A DNA stretch of 64,000 bases from contig JBAZXP010000001.1 in assembly GCA_041659805.1 (NCBI GenBank), positions 256,589-320,588 of the forward strand, in the 5' to 3' direction. The translations under genes were made by a program, and so were the position numbers. Below the pieces are notes generated by a model. That model was not told the origin of the DNA. It made no database searches and saw only the letters and a list, made by a program, of their open reading frames with translations. This DNA comes from Microgenomates group bacterium (GTDB lineage: Bacteria; Patescibacteriota; Microgenomatia; Daviesbacterales; UBA10151). Positions 10,410 through 19,433 of the stretch are shown here, in pieces (position 1 is the stretch's first letter; each line of letters starts with the position of its first letter).

Positions 10410-12310
10410 TTGTCATCATCTGCCATTGTTGAGCAATCCTCATCTGCTGTATTTAAAAATTGATCCCTATCTTGGTAATTAGTGTTTGAAATAATTAATT
10501 CTTCTGGTAAGTCCAGGATAAATCTTGATACCAGATTAGAGCTTCTGGTTCCAAAAAACAACCTTTGCCTGGTATAAGTCATATATAAATGAGTTTTCGC
10601 GCGGGTTATTCCCACATAACAAAGTCTTCTTTCTTCTTCCATTTCTGCAGGATCCAGTAAACAACGGGAGTGGGGGAATAATCCTTCCTCCATTCCCACC
10701 ATAAATACCACCGGCCATTCTAAGCCTTTAGCTTGGTGCAACGTAGTTAATGTCACAGCATTTTGGGTGTCTGATTTTGAACGTTTGGATCTTTTATTTT
10801 TTTCATCTGTTGAAAATTCGCTCTGGACTAAAGTTACTGTTTCCAAAAATTCGGTTAAGTTAGGAAATTCAGAAGCAACTGATCCCAGTTCTTTGACGTT
10901 TTCAATCCTGGATTTGCCAGTTTCAGTTCCGTCATCAATATAATCAATATAACCTGTGACCTCAATAATTTGATTCATTAAATCTAAAGTTGAAATACTT
11001 TCTAAACTTGGTTTAAGTTTGTCCATTAATTCCCAGAATTTATTAGCTCTACCTTTGCCGATTTTTTCTATCCTGATTTTTGATAATGAATCTTCAGGAG
11101 AAACCACAAGACGTAAGTATGCCAAAATATCTTTAATTTCTTTTCTTTCATAAAACCGGGTGCCTCCGACTAAGATATAGGGAACACCAGATTTTAAAAA
11201 TATTTCTTCTAAAGCCCTTGACTGAGCATTGGTTCTGTAAAGCACAGCGAAGGAATTTAAAGTGAGCGTTGGGTCTGAACCCAAAAGTTGTTTGATAGTG
11301 GAGACTACAAATAGCGCCTCTTCTTGTTCATTTCTGGTTTCTGCCAATGTGATTTTTTCACCACCACTTTTTTCTGTCCATAATTTTAAGATTGGGTGGG
11401 TTTGGTTTTTGGAAATAACAGAATAAGCTGCGTCGAGGATATTTTGAGTAGAACGGTAATTTTGTTCCAAATTAAAAACTTTCACATTCGGATAATCTTT
11501 TTGGAAATTTACAATATTTCGAAAATCAGCACCGCGGAACGCATAAATTGATTGGGAAGCATCTCCCACAACACAAAGATTTTTATACCTATTAGCTAAA
11601 AGTTTTGTTAGCAAGTATTGAACAGCATTGGTATCCTGATATTCATCCACTAAAATATAACGGAATTGAATCTGATATTTAGTTAATACCTCAGGAAAAT
11701 TTTGAAAAAGATTAACTGTTAAAAGTAAAAGATCATCAAAATCAACGGCCTTATTTTTATTTAATATTTTTTGATATTCCAGATAAATTTTGGCAACAGT
11801 TTCCTGAAAATATCCTCTGGCGTATTGGGGGTATTCAAGCGCTGAAATCATTTCGTTTTTAGCGTTAGAAATAGTATTTTTAATAGATGAAGGTGAACTC
11901 TTTTGAGTAGACAGATTAAGATTCATCATTGCTTCTTTGACAGCATCCACCCCGTCATTTTCGTCATAAATTGTAAATGATGGGGACAAGCCTAAATAGC
12001 TACACTCTTTTCGTAAAATTTTGGCACAAAGTGAATGAAAAGTGCCCATGATTGGTTGTTCGCTTTTGGAATTTGTTCCTAATAGGTTAAGGATTCTTTT
12101 TTTCATTTCCCCGCTGGCCTTATTGGTAAAAGTTACCATTAGAATATTTCCTGCAGGGACTTTCTTAACTTGAATTAAATAAGCTACTCTATGAGTTAAG
12201 GCCTTGGTTTTGCCGCTACCTGCTCCAGCTAAAATTAAAGTAGGGCCTTCTGTGTTTATAACAGCCTGGCGTTGAATAGAATTTAAATCATCTAAAAGGG
12301 AATCGGGCAT
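10394..12310 (-). CDS. pcrA: PcrA/UvrD helicase
   Basis: LAGAGSGKT, TFTNKA, VDEYQD, NYRST, HQAKGLEW, EERRLCYVGITRA. Confidence 0.95.
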   Translation of the reverse strand: MPDSLLDDLNSIQRQAVINTEGPTLILAGAGSGKTKALTHRVAYLIQVKKVPAGNILMVTFTNKASGEMKKRILNLLGTNSKSEQPIMGTFHSLCAKILRKECSYLGLSPSFTIYDENDGVDAVKEAMMNLNLSTQKSSPSSIKNTISNAKNEMISALEYPQYARGYFQETVAKIYLEYQKILNKNKAVDFDDLLLLTVNLFQNFPEVLTKYQIQFRYILVDEYQDTNAVQYLLTKLLANRYKNLCVVGDASQSIYAFRGADFRNIVNFQKDYPNVKVFNLEQNYRSTQNILDAAYSVISKNQTHPILKLWTEKSGGEKITLAETRNEQEEALFVVSTIKQLLGSDPTLTLNSFAVLYRTNAQSRALEEIFLKSGVPYILVGGTRFYERKEIKDILAYLRLVVSPEDSLSKIRIEKIGKGRANKFWELMDKLKPSLESISTLDLMNQIIEVTGYIDYIDDGTETGKSRIENVKELGSVASEFPNLTEFLETVTLVQSEFSTDEKNKRSKRSKSDTQNAVTLTTLHQAKGLEWPVVFMVGMEEGLFPHSRCLLDPAEMEEERRLCYVGITRAKTHLYMTYTRQRLFFGTRSSNLVSRFILDLPEELIISNTNYQDRDQFLNTADEDCSTMADDDKWLNE

Positions 12311-12359
12311 AAGTTTTTGTATCTTACCACCAAAAACAAAGCCGAACAATAAAGAAATG

Positions 12360-12677
12360 TTACTTTTGGGAAAGATTAGTAATGACCTCTTCTAAAGTTG
12401 GTATTGTAAATTTTGCAAACTTTGACCAGTTAATATTTTTTCCACTGTCTGTTCCTTGAACACAGCCATATTCTTCACTGGTTTTCTGCCAGGTTTTTAT
12501 TCCTTCGGTAACATTACTGCAAGCTATGGATAATGACTGTTGGATGGGATGTCCGTTCTCGGTTCGGGAAAGTTTACAAGCACCATATGGTTGGCCCATT
12601 CTCCCACTGGTGAAACGGTCAAACTCCCAATCCTTACATTTTCCACACAATGTAATTTCTTTTTCATTCTTACTCAT
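12360..12677 (-). CDS. Hypothetical Cys-containing protein
   Basis: 105-aa ORF with CGKC plus three further Cys. Confidence 0.55.
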   Translation of the reverse strand: MSKNEKEITLCGKCKDWEFDRFTSGRMGQPYGACKLSRTENGHPIQQSLSIACSNVTEGIKTWQKTSEEYGCVQGTDSGKNINWSKFAKFTIPTLEEVITNLSQK

Positions 12678-12754
12678 ATCCTTTTCTTTTTACTCTACAC
12701 TTATAGTATATTCAAGTCTTTACAATTTTTTATTGAGTGGTATTATTTTAGTCT

Positions 12755-13015
12755 ATGAAAATAAAACTTTTGGATTTTTGGGCTCCATGGTGTGGCCCTT
12801 GTAATATGATGAAACCAGTTATAGAAGAACTGGAAAAAGAATTAGAAGGCAAGGTAGAATTTGTAAAGGTAAATGTAGATGAAGATCAGCAAACTGCCTC
12901 TAAATATGGGGTAATGGGAATCCCTACCTTTGTAATAGAAAAAGATGGTAAAGAAGTAACGCGCAAAACAGGAGTAACTGCCAAAGAAGAACTGTTAAAG
13001 TTAATAAATGGGTGA
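12755..13015 (+). CDS. trxA: Thioredoxin
   Basis: DFWAPWCGPC active site and GIPT cis-Pro loop. Confidence 0.95.
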   Translation: MKIKLLDFWAPWCGPCNMMKPVIEELEKELEGKVEFVKVNVDEDQQTASKYGVMGIPTFVIEKDGKEVTRKTGVTAKEELLKLING

Positions 13016-13334
13016 GCCTCCCCTTAATTTTAGACAAAGAGTTATTAGTATTGTTAAAAAAATTCCCAAAGGAAAAGTAACTACCTATGGCACAATTGCT
13101 GTGATGTCGAGTCACCCAAGAGGAGCAAGAATAGTAGGAGGTGTGCTGCATTTTAACTCTGAAAAATATGATTTACCCTGGCACAGGGTTGTAAATTGCG
13201 AAGGGTATATATCTATTAAAAGTATGGAACATCCCAAAGGCTTGCAAAAAGCATTACTGGAACAAGAAGGTGTAGAAGTATCAGATGATTTTATTGTAAA
13301 CTTAAAAAAGTATGGATGGATCCCACTTCGCTAA
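13008..13334 (+). CDS. Alkyltransferase-like protein (ATL, MGMT family)
   Basis: IPKGKVTTYG and PWHRVV (Trp in place of the catalytic Cys of PCHR). Confidence 0.9.
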   Translation: MGEPPLNFRQRVISIVKKIPKGKVTTYGTIAVMSSHPRGARIVGGVLHFNSEKYDLPWHRVVNCEGYISIKSMEHPKGLQKALLEQEGVEVSDDFIVNLKKYGWIPLR

Positions 13335-13347
13335 AGCTACACGGGAT
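13320..13347. repeat. Short REP-like imperfect palindrome that supplies the ATL stop codon
   Basis: ATCCC-ACTTCGCTAAAGCTACAC-GGGAT with terminal inverted arms; core resembles palindromes I recall from CPR genomes (unverified). Confidence 0.5.
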
Positions 13348-13356
13348 AAATAAAAT

Positions 13357-13410
13357 ATGTGGATAATTGCTAATTGGAAATCAAATAAGAACCTGCTGCG
13401 CTCGCTGTAA
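13357..13410 (+). pseudogene. Remnant second copy of the tpiA 5' end
   Basis: Encodes MWIIANWKSNKNLLRSL*; 10 of 11 residues match TPI WVIANWKSNKN, in different codons. Confidence 0.85.
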
Positions 13411-13475
13411 GAAAATATTATACAGCTCGCTTGCAGAACCTTGCCTTTTGCTTTCGGCAAAACGTAAAAATATTT

Positions 13476-14150
13476 ATGAAGAATATCTGGGTAATAGCAA
13501 ATTGGAAAAGTAATAAAAATATTAGTGAGGCCATTTCATGGGTTGACACTGTTGGCCCGCAAATTCCTGGAAAAGAAGCCTTAAAGGTGGTGGTCTGTCC
13601 GACCGCGATTTGTGTGGAAGAGGTTAAAAAAGCGGTTTTGGTTGGAGGATATCATTTGGTGGTGGGCTCACAAGATTTATCTTCTTTTGATGAAGGTGCT
13701 TATACAGGAGAAGAAGCTGCCAGAATCTTAAAAGATATAGTTGATTTATCAATCTTAGGACATTCTGAAAGAAGACAGAATTTTAAAGAAACTGATGAGA
13801 CTGTTGCCCAAAAAGTAAACCAAGCCAGACAATTTAATATTGAGCCTTTGGTTTGTGTGCAAGATGAAAACACCCCTGTGCCTAGTGGGGTGAAGTTGGT
13901 GGCATATGAACCAATTTTTGCAATTGGAACTGGTACTCCTGATACACCACAAAACGCTGATAATATAGCTAAACTTTTGAAACAAAAACACGGGGAAGAG
14001 TTAGAAGTTTTATATGGTGGATCTGTAACATCAGAAAATGCGAAAGCCTTTTTATCTATGGAAAATATTTCGGGATTATTAATTGGTAAAGCTTCACTGG
14101 AACCTGCTGAATTTATTAAGATAATTGAAATTGCAGATAGTCTTATTTAA
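13476..14150 (+). CDS. tpiA: Triosephosphate isomerase (short form)
   Basis: ANWK, GHSERR, AYEPIFAIGTG, LYGGSV. Confidence 0.95.
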   Translation: MKNIWVIANWKSNKNISEAISWVDTVGPQIPGKEALKVVVCPTAICVEEVKKAVLVGGYHLVVGSQDLSSFDEGAYTGEEAARILKDIVDLSILGHSERRQNFKETDETVAQKVNQARQFNIEPLVCVQDENTPVPSGVKLVAYEPIFAIGTGTPDTPQNADNIAKLLKQKHGEELEVLYGGSVTSENAKAFLSMENISGLLIGKASLEPAEFIKIIEIADSLI

Positions 14151-14158
14151 TTTCTAAT

Positions 14159-15388
14159 ATGATTAAACCTTTGTCTCTTGAAATAACTGGTTCTGAAAAT
14201 ACCGGCAAAAAGAAAAAAAAGCGGGGGATAAAAAAAGTATTATTTGTAGCTTTTATTATTTTGTTAGTTGTAATTTTTTTGGGTAAAAATTCCAGTACTT
14301 CTTCAGTATTCCGTTATATGATTGGTCAGGGCAGCTCTTTGCAATCAGAAGACGGTAGGGTGAATGTTTTGCTCTTGGGGATGGCAGGAGGTGAGCACGA
14401 AGGGGCAACTTTGACGGATACGATTATGGTATTGTCTTTTGACAGTGTTACTAATATGGTAAGTATGGTTTCTATCCCCCGTGATCTTTATCTGACTTCC
14501 GCAAGGTCTAAAGTAAATGCTTTATATGAAATCGGTTTGGCCCGGGGGGATGGTTTGAATTTTGCTGAAGAAAATTTCAGTCAAATTTTAGGAATTAAAA
14601 TTCCCTATGCGGTGAGAATGGATTTTTCAGGGTTTACCAAAGCAATAGATGTAGTGGGTGGGATAGATGTAAATGTTGCCAATACCTTTGATGATTATTT
14701 ATATCCAATTGCCGGTAAAGAAACAGATTATTGCGGGCTAACTGAAAAAGATATGGCAATTGATGAGGTACAAGCAAAACAACTCGGAATTGATCTGGGA
14801 GAGCACCGTGTTTTAGTTGATAGTTCTGGAAAAATTGCTACAGCCTCAGCAACAGTTGGAGGCCAACTTGTTTATACAGAAGATTCAGTAGGAGTATATT
14901 TCCCCTGTAGATATGAGCATATCCATTTTGATAAAGGCTCAACTCATATGAATGGAACAATGGCTTTAAAATATGTGAGGAGCAGGCATGGAACTGGTGG
15001 AGAAGGGAGTGATTTTGCCAGGTCCAGAAGACAACAGCTAGTTCTGCAGGCTTTTAAGGATAAGGTCTTATCTTTCAGCACACTCACTGACTTAAATAAA
15101 ATTACAGGTCTTGTTAAAACTTTTGGGAACAGCATGGAAACAGATATTCCTGAATCACAGTATCTGGAATTTGCAGGAATAGCTAAAAAAGTAAAAGGAA
15201 TAAAAACAATGGTTTTAAGTAACGGTGGGATAAATCCGCTTTTGATTAATCCGCCGGTTTTTGATTATGGAGCCTGGGTTTTAATTCCGCCGAACAATGA
15301 TTTTATTATGATTCAAAATTCAGTAACGGATTTTTTTAATGGTACAGATACAGCAACGCAATCCGGCAAACAAACTAAAAATCCATGA
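14159..15388 (+). CDS. LytR-CpsA-Psr (LCP) family protein
   Basis: TM; NVLLLG, TDTIM, SIPRDL, YVRSRH, SDFARSRRQQ. Confidence 0.92.
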   Translation: MIKPLSLEITGSENTGKKKKKRGIKKVLFVAFIILLVVIFLGKNSSTSSVFRYMIGQGSSLQSEDGRVNVLLLGMAGGEHEGATLTDTIMVLSFDSVTNMVSMVSIPRDLYLTSARSKVNALYEIGLARGDGLNFAEENFSQILGIKIPYAVRMDFSGFTKAIDVVGGIDVNVANTFDDYLYPIAGKETDYCGLTEKDMAIDEVQAKQLGIDLGEHRVLVDSSGKIATASATVGGQLVYTEDSVGVYFPCRYEHIHFDKGSTHMNGTMALKYVRSRHGTGGEGSDFARSRRQQLVLQAFKDKVLSFSTLTDLNKITGLVKTFGNSMETDIPESQYLEFAGIAKKVKGIKTMVLSNGGINPLLINPPVFDYGAWVLIPPNNDFIMIQNSVTDFFNGTDTATQSGKQTKNP

Positions 15389-16062
15389 AAATTATTGTGC
15401 TTACAGGTCTGGGTGAAGTAAACAAGCGGGCAGAAATGTTAAGAATAAAACAGGGATACGAGAATGATGCAGTATCGGTTTTTGATTTATCAGTAAATAG
15501 TATTAAGGATATCGATCAGTGCTTATCTTCGCAGTCTTTATTTAACAATCTGGATAAACTGATTGTTGTTGAAAATACACCTGATGATTTAGATCTAAAA
15601 AAACTGGTCAAAAAAGAAAATACAGCTGTGCTGCTTTTTTTAGCAGCAAATCCTAAGGTCACTTCTAAGTTGCTTTGTAGCGTAAAGGAAATTAATGCAA
15701 AAATAATAAATTTTGAGGCAGAAAAAGAAATATCTGCCTTTACTTTTTTAGATGCTTTAATTGAGGGAAGACAAGATGCTTTTTTAGAAATGCAGAAACT
15801 GCTTAATATTTACGGAGGAATGTATCTTCTGTCGATGGTGTATTATTTATTGCGCCGCAACTTACTTCCATTGCCTACATCCGGTTTTATGCAAAATAAA
15901 ATTAAATCTCAAAAACAGCAGCTTGATATGAAAGATTTTGAAAAATTATATTTGATGGCAATAAACACTGATTTTGCAATAAAGGCAGGTTTACCTGAAA
16001 GTATTGCTTTAACTAAACTGACTCAGGAATTTGTAAATCTACTTAACGTAAGGAAGCAGTAG
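15385..16062 (+). CDS. holA: DNA polymerase III delta-subunit-like protein (shortened)
   Basis: SQSLFNNLDKLIVVEN, FTFLDAL, TDFAIKAG motifs; 225 aa; near rpsT as in conserved synteny. Confidence 0.6.
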   Translation: MKIIVLTGLGEVNKRAEMLRIKQGYENDAVSVFDLSVNSIKDIDQCLSSQSLFNNLDKLIVVENTPDDLDLKKLVKKENTAVLLFLAANPKVTSKLLCSVKEINAKIINFEAEKEISAFTFLDALIEGRQDAFLEMQKLLNIYGGMYLLSMVYYLLRRNLLPLPTSGFMQNKIKSQKQQLDMKDFEKLYLMAINTDFAIKAGLPESIALTKLTQEFVNLLNVRKQ

Positions 16063-17013
16063 ATTTGCATCTTTTTGATCGATCACTTTATCGTTATTTA
16101 AATCAGCTTTAGGATTTTTCCCACTAATGGCTCCAAAATTTTGCAAAATTATGCTTAAGTCTGCATAGTTTATAACTCCGTCCCTGTTGAGATCATAGTT
16201 AACGAGTTCGGCTGACAAGGTAGAAGCTGGAACTGAGGTTTGTTGAGTGTTGCCTGTTTGTGTAAAGTCAACAGTGCTGTCTAGTGTGACGGGTGGAAGC
16301 GCTGTTTCCTTAAGTGGTAAGGATATAGTTGCCTGGGCTACCTTGCTGGTTCCTATAATATCGAGTTTAGCTAGATAAGTTTTATCTGCAGGTAAAGGGT
16401 TAGTTAAATCTGCAGTTTTGATATCCGATAAAGGCAGAATAAAGTTCCCTCCGGTTTTAGTAATAGTTGCGAGTCTTTGAGCTTCGGGTAAGCTGAGAGC
16501 AATTATTGCTTCATCCAAGACAGCATTATTGGTATCAATAATTGTTCCGACAAGAGGCGGCCAATCAATGTTAGGGGTCGTCAAAGCAGTTTTGAAATTT
16601 AAAGGTGTTTGTGGGTAGGTGATTGCGTCGGAATAAATGAAATAAGAGTAAGTGGTGTCCTGTTGTAAGTTAGTAAGAGTTACAAAATGCAATTTATGAG
16701 ATGTTGGTGCGCTTGTATCCCGGTCGTCACGGTATAATTGTTTATCTGCAGAACCAATACCTGCTTTGATATAACCTGTTGATGGTTCGTCTGTTTGCCA
16801 ATAAATGGCGGCTGAAGTACCGCTTAAATTAACCACATTTACGTTTTTGGGTTGTGCTGAAACTGCGGCTTTAGATTTTAAGGTTTGGTTTTGAGTGGCC
16901 AGATACACCCCGCCGGCTAAACCGATCAGGAGTACTCCTATCCCTAAAAGAGTTGGAATCTTGATAACGCCTGTGTTGATTTTTGAGATAGTACTTCTTA
17001 ATTTAGAGATCAT
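16039..17013 (-). CDS. TM + fibronectin-III-like + C-terminal dockerin-like protein
   Basis: IYWQTD…HFVTLTNLQQDTTYSY (Fn3-like); DLNRDGVINYADL and DLNNDKVIDQKD Ca-binding repeats. Confidence 0.8.
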   Translation of the reverse strand: MISKLRSTISKINTGVIKIPTLLGIGVLLIGLAGGVYLATQNQTLKSKAAVSAQPKNVNVVNLSGTSAAIYWQTDEPSTGYIKAGIGSADKQLYRDDRDTSAPTSHKLHFVTLTNLQQDTTYSYFIYSDAITYPQTPLNFKTALTTPNIDWPPLVGTIIDTNNAVLDEAIIALSLPEAQRLATITKTGGNFILPLSDIKTADLTNPLPADKTYLAKLDIIGTSKVAQATISLPLKETALPPVTLDSTVDFTQTGNTQQTSVPASTLSAELVNYDLNRDGVINYADLSIILQNFGAISGKNPKADLNNDKVIDQKDANLLLPYVK

Positions 17014-17176
17014 TGATTACTTTTGTATCGAAATTAGGATTTACCGGCTCTAATAATTGTTGAACTTCCGGAGCAACTTGGTTTTTAGATTGAGAATGCA
17101 TGATTTCCATCCCAAACCAAACAAGTACTGTTATGAATGTTGCAATAACTACATATAAAAAATATTTTCCTGACAT
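17003..17176 (-). CDS. Small single-TM protein in the pilNO operon, 57 aa (not in ORF track)
   Basis: MSGKYFLYVVIATFITVLVWFGMEIMHSQSKNQVAPEVQQLLEPVNPNFDTKVINDL*; fills the gap and overlaps the next start. Confidence 0.75.
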   Translation of the reverse strand: MSGKYFLYVVIATFITVLVWFGMEIMHSQSKNQVAPEVQQLLEPVNPNFDTKVINDL

Positions 17177-17184
17177 ACTTTCTG

Positions 17185-17787
17185 TTACTCCTTTAAATAA
17201 TAACCTTTTCCGCTAATTGAAAGAGTGATTCCTCCTTCGCCGGATCTACTTAAAACGACACTGGTCAAATTTAGGTATCTTGATGCTTTGGTAACATTAT
17301 CTATGACTGTGGTGAGTTGTGAATATGCGCCCTGAGTATTAAATGAAAATACTAATTCTTCAAGAGTAAGTTTCCCAGTTGGATCAGATGTATTTTTATA
17401 AATAGTAACCGGTTGAATTTGTAAGGCTGAAACTGATGCGCTATTTGTCGCGGATGTTTGTAAATTGTTAATCAAATTCGTAACAGCAGGATTGGTAGGT
17501 AATTTAGCATTAATTTTATTTTTAATTTCCTGATCCAAATTATCCAAGTTTCTTTTACCGTTAGTTAAATCTTCTGATTTTTTTTGTAATACAGCCAGAA
17601 CTTTTTGGTTATCCTGAATGCTTTTTTGTAATTCGATAATAGTTAATACCGTTGGTCTGATTGCAAATATTGTAAAGATAATTAAGGCAAGTAAACTAAA
17701 AATATATGGGGCAAATGACCGGACATACTTATTTGTAATAACCGGTTTAATATAAACATAATATCTGGAATATCTTGAGTCTGCCAT
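17185..17787 (-). CDS. pilO: Type IV pilus assembly protein PilO-like
   Basis: TM (FAIRPT), coiled coil, KLP…GAYSQLTTVIDNV…RYLNLTSV…GYY pattern; follows pilN. Confidence 0.75.
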   Translation of the reverse strand: MADSRYSRYYVYIKPVITNKYVRSFAPYIFSLLALIIFTIFAIRPTVLTIIELQKSIQDNQKVLAVLQKKSEDLTNGKRNLDNLDQEIKNKINAKLPTNPAVTNLINNLQTSATNSASVSALQIQPVTIYKNTSDPTGKLTLEELVFSFNTQGAYSQLTTVIDNVTKASRYLNLTSVVLSRSGEGGITLSISGKGYYLKE

Positions 17788-18369
17788 TTAATTTATCCCA
17801 CTTTTTGCACCCGTAAGATTACCTGTGATAGTAAAGTTGGTCTGAGTTTCAAAAGAAATATTAGTTAAATTAACATCTGAAAAACTATGATTTTGTTGTA
17901 ATGATTTAATAAATACAGAAAGTTCCAAATTGGACGGAGATTGCCCGGTAATTGAAAATGAGGATTTTGGATAGGCTAAATTGCGATCAAAAGTAATATT
18001 AGTAATTCTCATACTTTTTGGTATGATCGTGTTGAAGCTTTCTAGGGGGGAAATAAAATCAGCCTTCTCTGATTTTAATTTAGAAAGACTGCTGATTTGA
18101 AATTGGGCATTCCTGATCAACTGTTCGTCGCTCTTTAGGTTTGTAATATAAGCAGCTTGAGTTTTTATTTGATCTTGCAGGTCAGCCAGATCACCATCAA
18201 GCTTGTATCTATAAACGAAAGCACTGATTGTGATAATTTCTACGAAGATTACAATAAATCTGCCGGAAGACAATGCCCATTTGATTAATTTAGCATAAAG
18301 TTTTTCTTCCTCACCGCGATGGATCAAAAGATTGACATTAAATAGTGTTGGTATTTTTGAGGCAGCCAT
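17788..18369 (-). CDS. pilN: Type IV pilus assembly protein PilN-like
   Basis: VNLL N-terminal motif, TM, coiled coil, IIP…ITG…FIKSLQ…FSDVNL. Confidence 0.75.
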   Translation of the reverse strand: MAASKIPTLFNVNLLIHRGEEEKLYAKLIKWALSSGRFIVIFVEIITISAFVYRYKLDGDLADLQDQIKTQAAYITNLKSDEQLIRNAQFQISSLSKLKSEKADFISPLESFNTIIPKSMRITNITFDRNLAYPKSSFSITGQSPSNLELSVFIKSLQQNHSFSDVNLTNISFETQTNFTITGNLTGAKSGIN

Positions 18370-18442
18370 ATTACTAGTTTAGTATAAAGCGAAAGGAAGT
18401 TCCAGCAGCCAGCAGATGTCTAAGCTTTGGTATACTTTAGGT

Positions 18443-19024
18443 ATGTTAGAGATAAAATCAGCTATTAGCGTTATAGCCATAGTATTAACATTTATCGGGT
18501 ATGTGCCATATGTTCGAGATACCTTTCAAGGGAAGACTAAGCCACATGTTTATACTTGGTTTATATGGGGATTTGTGACAGCTATCGCGTATGGTTTGCA
18601 AGTTAGCGCAGGGGCAGGGGTTGGTTCATGGGTAACTTTAGCGGTTGCCGTCATTTGTTTTTTTATATTTATTCTCGGTTTAGGTAATGGGAAAAAAGAA
18701 ATTACTTATACAGATACGATTTTCTTTATTCTCTCTTTTATTGCCTTATTCTTCTGGTTGGTTGTAAAACAACCAGTATTATCAGTTATATTTATTTCGA
18801 CGATTGATATGCTTGGTTTTGTTCCAACAATTAGAAAGTCATGGAACAAACCTTATTCAGAAACGTTGTTTTCATATGAGTTGAATACAGTGAGGCATGG
18901 ATTAAGCATATTTGCGCTACAAAACTATAGCATTGTAACGTGGCTATATCCTCTAACTTGGGTGGTTGCCAATGGTCTATTTAGCGTAATCCTAATAATT
19001 AGGCGAAAGCAGCTAGGTAAGTGA
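18443..19024 (+). CDS. Multi-TM membrane protein (PQ-loop/SemiSWEET-like duplicated unit)
   Basis: About six hydrophobic helices; repeated PY/PT-x-R/K…P unit; TATACT 6 nt before ATG. Confidence 0.65.
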   Translation: MLEIKSAISVIAIVLTFIGYVPYVRDTFQGKTKPHVYTWFIWGFVTAIAYGLQVSAGAGVGSWVTLAVAVICFFIFILGLGNGKKEITYTDTIFFILSFIALFFWLVVKQPVLSVIFISTIDMLGFVPTIRKSWNKPYSETLFSYELNTVRHGLSIFALQNYSIVTWLYPLTWVVANGLFSVILIIRRKQLGK

Positions 19025-19050
19025 AATTCAGCTCTAGAGAAATTAGTGTA

Positions 19051-19299
19051 TTAAAGAGATTTTTTGGAAGAGAGTAGTTTAGCCAATCTTGATTTTAATC
19101 TTGAAGCCTTGTTCTTGTGGATTAATTTTACTTTAGCAGCTTTGTCTAAAGCTGAAAAGGCTGCTGCTAAATTTTTTTCTGCTGGGTTTCTGCGGGTTGT
19201 TTTAACAGCTGCTTTCACGCCAAGTGCTCGCTTTTTATTGCGAGCTGTTCTTACTTTATCTTTGCGAACTTTTTTAATAGCGCTTTTTATTATTGGCAT
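19051..19299 (-). CDS. rpsT: 30S ribosomal protein S20
   Basis: MPIIKSAIKK…LDKAAKVKLIHKNKASRLKSRL. Confidence 0.97.
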   Translation of the reverse strand: MPIIKSAIKKVRKDKVRTARNKKRALGVKAAVKTTRRNPAEKNLAAAFSALDKAAKVKLIHKNKASRLKSRLAKLLSSKKSL

Positions 19300-19410
19300 T
19301 TTTTTATTTCCCTTGAAATGACAATTTCAAGCTTTGCTTAAGACGAAGTCGCAAGCAATGCTTATTATTGGCATGGCTAGAATATTAACATAGCTATAGC
19401 ACTTTCGCAA
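19300..19410 (-). promoter_or_regulatory. rpsT promoter and structured leader opening with a duplicate of the rpsT start
   Basis: TTGCGA-17-TAATAT, then ATG at 19374; 13-bp repeat ATGCCAATAATAA (19362-19374 = 19287-19299); hairpins 19312-19331 and 19334-19358. Confidence 0.7.
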
Positions 19411-19433
19411 GCTATTCTGCTATTATTTCAGTA

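Noticed and set aside
16039-16210. Cellulosome suggested by the dockerin-like repeat
   Set aside because: No glycoside hydrolase or cohesin scaffoldin in the window.
19327-19329. TGA recoding (genetic code 25 or selenocysteine) joining the uORF to rpsT
   Set aside because: TGA ends ordinary genes here (e.g. dnaJ), long genes have no in-frame TGA, and S20 is complete from 19299.
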